Assembly: GCA_023393065.1 (NCBI GenBank)
Contig: JAEWMX010000015.1
Span: forward strand, 86,505-110,504
DNA: 24,000 nucleotides
Reading direction: 5' to 3'
Source: Bacillota bacterium
Lineage (GTDB): Bacteria > Bacillota_I > Bacilli_A > RFN20 > CAG-826
Below are positions 16,822 to 24,000 of this stretch, in pieces. The position numbers were made by a program, and so were the translations under genes. How positions within the stretch are numbered: the stretch's first letter is position 1; each line of letters begins with the position of its first letter. Below the pieces are notes generated by a model. It was not told the DNA's origin, made no database searches, and saw only the letters and a program-made list of their open reading frames with translations.

Positions 16822-18765
16822 ATGACCGAAAAAACGATAAAAAACACATATACAGCCGCTGATATTGACATTCTCGAGGGTCTTTCAGGCGTTCGCAAAA
16901 GACCGGCGATGTATATTGGTTCTACTAATTCATCGGGTCTTCACCACTTAGTTTGGGAAGTCATCGACAACGGCGTTGATGAGGCGCTTTCCGGTTTCGG
17001 CAATAAGATAACGGTCATCATTCACAAAGATGGCTCCTTATCGGTTGAAGATGAGGGTCGCGGAATTCCCGTCGACATTCATCAACAGACGAATATGCCG
17101 GCTGTGCAACTCATCTTTTCAACTTTGCATTCAGGAGGAAAATTCTCCGATGCCGTCTATAAAAGCAGCGCTGGTCTTCATGGCGTTGGAGCCTCGGTGA
17201 CAAATGCTCTGAGCGAATTCTTGGATGTCACTGTCTACCGCGATGGTTCGGTTTATCACCTCCGTTTTGAAAATGGCGGAAAATTGGTCACTCCTCTTGA
17301 AATTATCGGCAAAACCATCAAACATGGAACGCTAGTCAGATTTAAACCAGATGCCACGATTTTTACCTCGATCGATTTTAAATGGGATACGATCTATAAC
17401 CATTTGCAGGAGAGCGCTTTTTTATTAAAGAAAGTTCGCTTCATCTTAAAAGATGAAAGAACAGATTTGTCACACGAATTTTACTATGTCGATGGCCTTA
17501 AAGAATATGTTGCTACCCTGAACACAAACAAGAAACCGCTCGGCAATATCGTCTCTTTTGAAGATGAGGCCAACGGTATCATTATCGAGTGCGCGATGCA
17601 ATATTGCATCGAAGATTACAATGAATCGATATATTCCTACGCTAATAATGTCCGAACTAGGGACGGTGGTACGCACGAGACCGGTTTTCGCATCGGTCTA
17701 ACGCGGGCTGTTAATGACTTTGTCACCGAACATTCCCTTTTAAAAGGGAAAAACAAAATTGAAGGCAGCGATATCCGCGAAGGTTTGACTGCTATTTTAT
17801 CGTTAAAAATTCCGGAAACGCTGCTTCAATACGAGGGGCAAACCAAGTCAAAACTCGGCACTCCCGAAGCCATTCAAGCTGTCAATAATTTTATTTATAG
17901 TAAGTTAACTTACTATTTAAACGAAAACAAGGAGTTTGCAATCAACCTTGTCAAAAAGATTAGCGACTCGCGCGACGCCCGCTTGGCGGCGCGAAAAGCT
18001 AAAGATGAGGCAAGAAGCACCAAAAAAGCAAAAAACGATCTTATCATCAGCGATAAGTTAACACCTTGCCAATCAAAGGAATATCCTCTTAATGAGTTGT
18101 TTATCGTCGAAGGTGAATCGGCCGGCGGCACCGCTCGAAAAGGTCGCGATCGGCTGCACCAAGCTATTTTACCACTTCGTGGTAAGCCACTAAATACAGA
18201 CAATGTGACAATGGAGAGAATGCTCAAAAACGAAGAATTCTCGACCATCATTTCGACAATCGGAGCCGGAGTTGGCCAAAACTTTGATATCGATGAGTCA
18301 AAATATGGAAAAATCATCATCATGACCGATGCCGATACCGATGGAGCTCACATTCAAACTCTGCTTTTGACGTTCTTCTACCACTATATGAGACCTCTCG
18401 TAAATAAAGGAAAAATCTATGTTGCCGTCCCCCCTTTATATCGCGTTTATAAAGAGGTCAACAAGACTATTGTATACGAATATGCCTGGGATGATCGCGG
18501 GCTTGAAAAAGCTAAGAAGAATATCGGAGCCGGCTACAAGATTTCCCGCTACAAAGGACTCGGCGAAATGGATGCCGATCAGCTCTGGGAAACGACGATG
18601 AACCCGCGGACTAGACAGCTTGTCCGCGTCAAGATAGAAGACCCGCTTCTCGTGGAAAGACGCGTTAGTGTCTTAATGGGAAAAGATGCGGCTGTGCGCC
18701 GCAAATGGGTTGAAGAAAACGTCGACTTTAACACTGTTGACCGCTTCATCGAGGAGATTAAATAA
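16822..18765 (+). CDS. parE: DNA topoisomerase IV subunit B
   Basis: GHKL ATPase motifs (VIDNGVDEAL, DEGRGIPV, GLHGVGASVTNALS), QTKSKLG, VEGESAGGTARKGRDRLHQAILPLRGK; adjacent to plsY and parC. Confidence 0.95.
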   Translation: MTEKTIKNTYTAADIDILEGLSGVRKRPAMYIGSTNSSGLHHLVWEVIDNGVDEALSGFGNKITVIIHKDGSLSVEDEGRGIPVDIHQQTNMPAVQLIFSTLHSGGKFSDAVYKSSAGLHGVGASVTNALSEFLDVTVYRDGSVYHLRFENGGKLVTPLEIIGKTIKHGTLVRFKPDATIFTSIDFKWDTIYNHLQESAFLLKKVRFILKDERTDLSHEFYYVDGLKEYVATLNTNKKPLGNIVSFEDEANGIIIECAMQYCIEDYNESIYSYANNVRTRDGGTHETGFRIGLTRAVNDFVTEHSLLKGKNKIEGSDIREGLTAILSLKIPETLLQYEGQTKSKLGTPEAIQAVNNFIYSKLTYYLNENKEFAINLVKKISDSRDARLAARKAKDEARSTKKAKNDLIISDKLTPCQSKEYPLNELFIVEGESAGGTARKGRDRLHQAILPLRGKPLNTDNVTMERMLKNEEFSTIISTIGAGVGQNFDIDESKYGKIIIMTDADTDGAHIQTLLLTFFYHYMRPLVNKGKIYVAVPPLYRVYKEVNKTIVYEYAWDDRGLEKAKKNIGAGYKISRYKGLGEMDADQLWETTMNPRTRQLVRVKIEDPLLVERRVSVLMGKDAAVRRKWVEENVDFNTVDRFIEEIK

Positions 18766-21362
18766 TGGCTAAAAAAGTTCCTGAAACCGTCGAAGTTATC
18801 AAGGAAAAAATCAGCAGTCAGCCCCTTGAAGAAGTGATGGGTGATCGCTATGCAACTTATGCTAAATACGTCATTCAAGACCGAGCGATTCCCGATGTTC
18901 GCGATGGTTTAAAACCCGTGCAAAGGCGCATCATATACTCGATGTATGAATCAGGTAATATTTCCACTCGTCCAACCAAGAAATGCGCTCACACCGTCGG
19001 TGCGGTCATGGGTAAGTATCACCCCCATGGCGACTCCTCGATCTACGATGCTTTAGCCCGCATGTCGCAAGACTGGAAAGTGCGCGTTCCCCTCGTCGAT
19101 TTTCAAGGTAATAACGGCAGTATCGACGGCGACGTCCCCGCCGCTTATCGCTACACCGAGGCAAGGCTGAGCGAGATTGCCGAAGAGTTGACTCGCGATC
19201 TTGAAAAAAAGACCGTTGAGATGGATTTGACCTTTGATGATACTGATTTTGAACCAAGTGTCTTGCCAGCTCGTTTTCCAAACCTTTTAGTCAATGGCAG
19301 CGAGGGTATTGCAGTTGCATTAGCAACTGAAATTCCTCCGCACAATCTTCGCGAAGTCGTGGATGCCGTCATTTGGCGCCTGACCCACGTCAATGTGACG
19401 CCTCTTGATTTGATGCGTTTTATCAAAGGCCCTGATTTTCCGACGGGAGGCTTCATCTATGAAGGTGATGGCTTGCAAAGCATTTATGAAACCGGTCGCG
19501 GTCGCATCGAAGTAGCGGCCAAAACGCAGATAATCGACGAAAAAGGGCAAAAACAAATCGTCATCACTGAGATTCCTTATAAAACGGTCAAAATTTCCAT
19601 TGTCTATGAACTTGACAAGATTCGTCACGGCAAAGAGATAGATGGCATCGCTGAAGTTCGCGATGAATCCGATCGCAAGGGCCTTCGCATCGTCATCGAT
19701 CTCAAAAAAGATGCCAAACCCGAAGTCATCCTCGCTTATATTTTTAATAAGACGCAACTCAAAAGTTCATATTCAGCTAACGTTGTCGCCATCGTTAATG
19801 GCCGCCCAAAAACTCTTAATCTCTTACAAATAATTGACGCTTACATCGAGCATCAAGTTGATGTCATCACCAGGCGCAGTCATTTTGATTTGAATAAATC
19901 TCAAGCCCGCTTGCACATCGTTGATGGTTTGATTAAAGCTATCTCAATCCTCGATAGGATCGTCGAAGTCATCAAAGCCTCAAAAGACAAGGCAAGCGCC
20001 AAGGAAAACCTACAAAAGAAATTCGAATTTTCAGAAGCGCAGAGCGAAGCTATCGTCATGTTACAACTTTATAAGTTGTCCAATACCGATATTTCCACTC
20101 TAGTCAAAGAAAAAGACACTCTGGAAAAGACTATTTTAAAATTGCAAGGCATCTTGGAAGATCGCAAAAAATTGGATCGCGTCATCATCGCCGATTTAAA
20201 GGCGATTGCCGCTAAGTACGGTGATGACCGACGCACACAAATCGTCGAAAAAGACATTAATCTACAAATTGATAAACGCGACCTAATCGCCAAAGAAGAT
20301 GTGATGATTGCTATCACTCGGGATGGTTACATCAAGCGCAGCTCGGTGAAATCATATCGTGGAAGCGGGGTTGACTCTCTACCCGGCATGAAAGAAGATG
20401 ATGTCTTGGTCTATCGCGGTCAGGCCGTCACGACCGATTTTGTTTTGGCCTTTACGAACCGCGGAAACTACCTCTATATTCCGATTCACGAGATTATCGA
20501 TACGAAATGGAAAGAAGAAGGCAAACACATCAACTACCTAATCAGCCTGGAATACAAAGAGAAGATTGTCTGCGCCTTTGCCGTCAATGAATTCCGCGAT
20601 GATCTATTCTTGGCCTTGGTAACGAAGAAGGGACAGATCAAGCGTGTTCGTTTGAGCGATTTTGTCGTCATTCGCTACGCTCGACCGATCACAGCCATGA
20701 AACTCATCGGCGATGATGAGATTGCCGATGTGGTGGTGACGAGCGGAGACAGCAACATCCTCGTCTTGACCAGCACGGGCGGTTCCATCCTCTTTAATGA
20801 AAACGATGTTTCGATCGGCACGCTAAAATCTGGCGGTGTCAAAGCCATCGCTGAACTAAAACCAGCAACAATAACTAAATTACTCGTCTTTGAAAAAGAC
20901 GAAAAAGCCAAGATCGCTTTGCTGACACACGCTGGCCACATTCGCATTTACGATTATGCAAACACCCCTTTAACAATGCGGCTTGGCAAGACGACTCCAA
21001 TTTATCCGTGTTTTAAAAATGAGCCTCACAACTTAATTTACGCACGTAGAATTAACGCAAAAGACGACAAAATACTCTTGCGTGTCCAAGCCAATAACAA
21101 GTCGGTAATCGAGGTGCTAATTGAAGATTTTTATATCACTCCGCGATCAAAATACGCCAAAGGTACTATAACCTTGCCGCGTCGTTCTCACCTCGCAATC
21201 GTCTTTCGTGAAGACGATATCATGATCGATAAAACGCTGGTCGCGCATGAACCACCGGTCAAAGAAAAAGCGGTGTTGAGTTTTGATGTTGAAGAAACTG
21301 ACGAAAACGGCAAAGAATATAAGCAGATATCGATATTCGAAGAAGACGAGACGAAGAAATAG
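18765..21362 (+). CDS. parC: DNA topoisomerase IV subunit A
   Basis: YATYAKYVIQDRAIPDVRDGLKPVQRRI, CAHTVGAVMGKYHPHGDSSIYDALARM, and catalytic Tyr context AAYRYTEARLS. No GyrA-box (QRRGGKG) in the C-terminal domain. Confidence 0.94.
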   Translation: MAKKVPETVEVIKEKISSQPLEEVMGDRYATYAKYVIQDRAIPDVRDGLKPVQRRIIYSMYESGNISTRPTKKCAHTVGAVMGKYHPHGDSSIYDALARMSQDWKVRVPLVDFQGNNGSIDGDVPAAYRYTEARLSEIAEELTRDLEKKTVEMDLTFDDTDFEPSVLPARFPNLLVNGSEGIAVALATEIPPHNLREVVDAVIWRLTHVNVTPLDLMRFIKGPDFPTGGFIYEGDGLQSIYETGRGRIEVAAKTQIIDEKGQKQIVITEIPYKTVKISIVYELDKIRHGKEIDGIAEVRDESDRKGLRIVIDLKKDAKPEVILAYIFNKTQLKSSYSANVVAIVNGRPKTLNLLQIIDAYIEHQVDVITRRSHFDLNKSQARLHIVDGLIKAISILDRIVEVIKASKDKASAKENLQKKFEFSEAQSEAIVMLQLYKLSNTDISTLVKEKDTLEKTILKLQGILEDRKKLDRVIIADLKAIAAKYGDDRRTQIVEKDINLQIDKRDLIAKEDVMIAITRDGYIKRSSVKSYRGSGVDSLPGMKEDDVLVYRGQAVTTDFVLAFTNRGNYLYIPIHEIIDTKWKEEGKHINYLISLEYKEKIVCAFAVNEFRDDLFLALVTKKGQIKRVRLSDFVVIRYARPITAMKLIGDDEIADVVVTSGDSNILVLTSTGGSILFNENDVSIGTLKSGGVKAIAELKPATITKLLVFEKDEKAKIALLTHAGHIRIYDYANTPLTMRLGKTTPIYPCFKNEPHNLIYARRINAKDDKILLRVQANNKSVIEVLIEDFYITPRSKYAKGTITLPRRSHLAIVFREDDIMIDKTLVAHEPPVKEKAVLSFDVEETDENGKEYKQISIFEEDETKK

Positions 21363-21387
21363 TTTCGCTACAAGTTAACTATTTGGC

Positions 21388-21422
21388 AAGGCGACATAAA
21401 TATACATGTCGCCTTTCTTTTT
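21388..21422 (+). terminator. Strong intrinsic terminator after parC
   Basis: AAGGCGACAT-AAATATAC-ATGTCGCCTT, a perfect 10-bp stem followed by TCTTTTT. Confidence 0.88.
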
Positions 21423-21457
21423 CATAGTTTTATGGTATTCTTCTATATTTTTACAAT

Positions 21458-21463
21458 TATAAT
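21458..21463 (+). promoter_or_regulatory. Candidate -10 box TATAAT for yqeG operon
   Basis: Perfect TATAAT 15 nt before ATG 21479, downstream of the parC terminator. Confidence 0.4.
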
Positions 21464-21478
21464 TTGTAAAATAAGAAT

Positions 21479-22000
21479 ATGAATAAGCGCTTCATACCGT
21501 TTTGTGTGGCTAAGAGCATTTATGACATCGAGCCCGCTTTTTTCCAAAAGCATCAAATCTCGATTTTATTTGTCGACCTCGACAACACATTAGATGCATA
21601 TCATCAATTGCACCCCACGAAAAAAGCTCGGGATTTAAAAGATGAACTGGCGAAGGCCGGAATAGAAATCATCGTCGTTTCTAACAACACTTCGAAACGA
21701 GTTTCGACATATGCGAAAGAATTGGGTGTTCGCTATGCTGGTTCGCTTTATAAACCTTTTTCCTTTAAACTAAAGAAGTTTATAAAAAAACATAATATCG
21801 ATCTTTCTAAAGTCATGATGATCGGCGATCAAATTATCACTGATGTGGCTTGTGGAAACGGAGCCGGTATTCGCGTCATCTTAACCGAGAGGCTCGTTCA
21901 AGACGATCAATGGACGACGCGCTTTAATCGCTGTTTTGATGCTCCGCGATATCAGAAAATGAAGCGTTTGAATCTCTTAATTAGCTGGGAGGAAAGATAA
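21479..22000 (+). CDS. yqeG: YqeG-family HAD-IIIA phosphatase
   Basis: HAD motif I FVDLDNTLDAY, motif II VSNN, motif III GDQIITDVACGNGAG. First gene of a yqeG-yqeH-yhbY-nadD block. Confidence 0.92.
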   Translation: MNKRFIPFCVAKSIYDIEPAFFQKHQISILFVDLDNTLDAYHQLHPTKKARDLKDELAKAGIEIIVVSNNTSKRVSTYAKELGVRYAGSLYKPFSFKLKKFIKKHNIDLSKVMMIGDQIITDVACGNGAGIRVILTERLVQDDQWTTRFNRCFDAPRYQKMKRLNLLISWEER

Positions 22001-23142
22001 TGGCTAAGCTAAATATTATTCGTCGTTGCTACTCGTGCGGAGTGGTCTTGCAAAGCAAGGATCCGCAAAAAGACGGTTATGTCGAAAACGAGTTTTTGCA
22101 AGACTTATCAAAGGGAGTCCTTTTTTGCTCAAAGTGTTTTCATAGCGAAAAATATAATCTCGCTCCAAAAGAAGCAAGTCTCGACCACGAATTTTTTACA
22201 ATGATCGCCGACGCTCAGGCAACGGACGCCTTGATTGTCTATGTCATCAACTTATTCTCGTTTGAGGCCGGTTTTATTCGCGCTCTCAACCATTGGCTTT
22301 CGGGCCTCGACATTTTAGTCTTGGCCAACAAGCGCGACATTTTACCTGATGATGTCAATGACGATCAACTCAAAGAGTATGTCGCCCATCGCCTCAGAGT
22401 CGAAAAATTAAAAGTTCTCGATGTCAAACTAGTGAGCGCCTCGGCTGATTACAATATTCGCGAAGTCATCGATATCATTAAAGATTTACGCAAGCGGCGC
22501 GATGTCTATATCATCGGTCAAAAGCATTCCGGAAAAACTACTTTGATGGAAGCTTTTCTCAAAGAGTACAAGAATCTCAGCCGAACGAATATCATCACGC
22601 AAAATTATCCGGGGACCAAACTGAAAGTCATGCAGATTCCCATTGATCAATCGACATATTTCTACGATACTCCCGGACTTGGAAACGACAATTCCATCCT
22701 CGAGAAGGTCGAGAAGCCAGTCCTTAAAGCCATCATCCCGGTCAAAAAGGTCGAGAAGCGACAATTCACGATTGCAAAAACACAATCGCTATTTATCGGG
22801 GGCCTAGCTCGCATCGAGTTGGTCGAAGGCGAAAAAACAGTGGTGGGATGCTATTTTTCTGATGATGTCGATATCAAAAAAATCGTCATGCCAGATGCCA
22901 ACAAGCAGTTTTTAAGAAATCTTGAAAAGAATCTGCTTCATCCGACATCCAAAAATTTGCAGAGCCTAAAAGACTTTGATATTTACGATATCGTCGTCGA
23001 CGAAGAAGATTCGCGCGACATCGGCATCAATGGTCTTGGCTGGTTCTCTTTCATCGGAGCCAATCAGACTTTCCGCCTCTATGTTCCGAAAGGTGTTTCC
23101 TTCTATACGACGAGGGCAAAAATTAAAGATGTTAAGCAATAA
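22000..23142 (+). CDS. yqeH: Circularly permuted ribosome-biogenesis GTPase YqeH
   Basis: N-terminal CxxC...CxxC zinc finger. GTPase motifs in permuted order: NKRD-like G4, then GQKHSGKTT (G1), then DTPG (G3). Confidence 0.94.
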   Translation: MAKLNIIRRCYSCGVVLQSKDPQKDGYVENEFLQDLSKGVLFCSKCFHSEKYNLAPKEASLDHEFFTMIADAQATDALIVYVINLFSFEAGFIRALNHWLSGLDILVLANKRDILPDDVNDDQLKEYVAHRLRVEKLKVLDVKLVSASADYNIREVIDIIKDLRKRRDVYIIGQKHSGKTTLMEAFLKEYKNLSRTNIITQNYPGTKLKVMQIPIDQSTYFYDTPGLGNDNSILEKVEKPVLKAIIPVKKVEKRQFTIAKTQSLFIGGLARIELVEGEKTVVGCYFSDDVDIKKIVMPDANKQFLRNLEKNLLHPTSKNLQSLKDFDIYDIVVDEEDSRDIGINGLGWFSFIGANQTFRLYVPKGVSFYTTRAKIKDVKQ

Positions 23143-23410
23143 AGATCGGCAAGAGTTATTCGCTCTGAGCAACAAGTTAAAAATGCGCTACATCATTGGA
23201 AAAGACAACCTTGATGATAAAGTTTTCGATATGCTTGATAAAGCTCTTCTGGCCAATGAATTAATCAAGGTAGCGGTGAATAAAGGCGCCAGCCACGAGC
23301 CAGAATATTATGCCAAGGCGATTTGCAGCAAACTCAATTGCGAGCTGATAAAAATAATCGGAAAGACTTTAGTCTTATATCGCGAGAAGCCGCAGAGGAA
23401 CAAAAAGTAG
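23129..23410 (+). CDS. yhbY: Ribosome assembly RNA-binding protein YhbY (CRM domain)
   Basis: Start trimmed from 22976 to ATG 23129: MLSNKDRQELFALSNKLKMRYIIGKDNLDDKVFDMLDKALLANELIKVAVN...GKTLVLYREK. Confidence 0.88.
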   Translation: MLSNKDRQELFALSNKLKMRYIIGKDNLDDKVFDMLDKALLANELIKVAVNKGASHEPEYYAKAICSKLNCELIKIIGKTLVLYREKPQRNKK

Positions 23411-24000
23411 TGGAAAGCGTTATTCTCTTCGGCGGAGCTTTCGATCCGGTCCATAACGGCCATCTGCGAATGGCCAGTGCGGCGAGTTTTTTGCTTAACG
23501 CCGATGTCATTTTCGTTCCGAGCAAGAGCCCGCGGTGGAAAAATCCTGCGGTAGGTATCGACCATCGGCTCAAGATGCTAGCCCTTGCAATTCGCCAAAA
23601 CGGTTTATCGGGAACGACGATCTCTGATTACGAAATTCGCTCAGAAGCCGAAGTCAATTACACGATTGATACCGTCCGTTACTTTGTAAGCAAATATCCA
23701 AAAAAGAAATTTTACCTGCTCATCGGCGCCGATCAAGTCAATCAGTTTCATCAGTGGCGCGAACCTTTGGAAATCATTAAATTGGTGACGGTGGTGTATA
23801 TTCCTCGACCAGACATCAAAATAAATGAGGCTAATGTCAGCAAATATAGCATCGAGAGCTTGCCTTACAATCACACCGGTGATGTCTCTTCGACGAAGAT
23901 TCGCAATTTGCAGTCAATCGACACTCCCTCTTCGGTTCTCGATTACATTGAAAAGAATCGTCTCTATTATATAGAGAAAATAAGCGGCATGCTTGATAAA
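23410..24000 (+). CDS. nadD: Nicotinate-nucleotide adenylyltransferase, 3' end beyond the window; probable fusion with a YqeK-type HD domain
   Basis: Manual translation from GTG 23410: VESVILFGGAFDPVHNGHLRMASAASFLLNADVIFVPS...FYLLIGADQVNQFHQWREP...DVSSTKIRN...VLDYIEKNRLYYIEKISGMLDK. Open to the window end and not in the supplied ORF track. Confidence 0.92.
   Translation, partial: MESVILFGGAFDPVHNGHLRMASAASFLLNADVIFVPSKSPRWKNPAVGIDHRLKMLALAIRQNGLSGTTISDYEIRSEAEVNYTIDTVRYFVSKYPKKKFYLLIGADQVNQFHQWREPLEIIKLVTVVYIPRPDIKINEANVSKYSIESLPYNHTGDVSSTKIRNLQSIDTPSSVLDYIEKNRLYYIEKISGMLDK

Noticed and set aside
18579-18878. Minus-strand 99 aa ORF across the parE/parC junction
   Set aside because: Antisense to conserved protein segments on both sides; no recognisable family.
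19151-19757. Minus-strand ORFs of 101 and 145 aa within parC
   Set aside because: Fully inside the highly conserved parC coding sequence; compositional shadow ORFs with no start context.
1-24000. CRISPR arrays, transposons/IS ends, prophage, toxin-antitoxin or other defence modules
   Set aside because: No repeat-spacer periodicity, transposase/integrase motifs or typical defence domains seen on either strand by eye. A dedicated scan could still find degenerate elements.
1-24000. Alternative genetic code (UGA=Trp), as in some Mollicutes
   Set aside because: TGA terminates genes cleanly (rpoD, nif3-like) and conserved Trp positions use TGG; no in-frame TGA in conserved cores.

Overview
This 24 kb window is almost entirely housekeeping DNA from a low/medium-GC Bacillota-type genome. 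The genome looks reduced, possibly Mollicutes- or Erysipelotrichia-like, but that placement is inference. It uses the standard code: TGA acts as a stop, for example for rpoD and the Nif3-like gene. Recognisable order: [C39-peptidase/TM protein, 5'-truncated] - ybeY - cdd - era - recO - glyQS - dnaG - rpoD(sigA) - trmK - nif3-like -> <- ispH, then DEAD-box helicase (cshB-like) - nfo -> <- ispG, then rpmG - MBL hydrolase - efp - yneF-like -> <- plsY, then parE - parC, then yqeG - yqeH - yhbY - nadD (runs off the window end). Two genes are missing from the supplied ORF track: rpmG (49 aa, 14105..14254) and nadD (GTG start, open at the window end). I found no CRISPR array, mobile element, tRNA/rRNA gene or clear defence system. 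Items most worth a second look: (1) a C39-peptidase plus multi-TM protein with no ABC ATPase domain in the same ORF; (2) an EF-P whose conserved PGKG tip loop is replaced by TAMR, with Met at the position aligned to the modified Lys32; (3) a near-perfect inverted repeat that gives the divergent plsY and parE genes almost identical mirrored 5' leaders; (4) an intrinsic terminator abutting the start codon of the MBL hydrolase; (5) several genes without a Shine-Dalgarno sequence and with a -10-like box 13-16 nt before the ATG; (6) a probable NadD-YqeK fusion cut by the window end.
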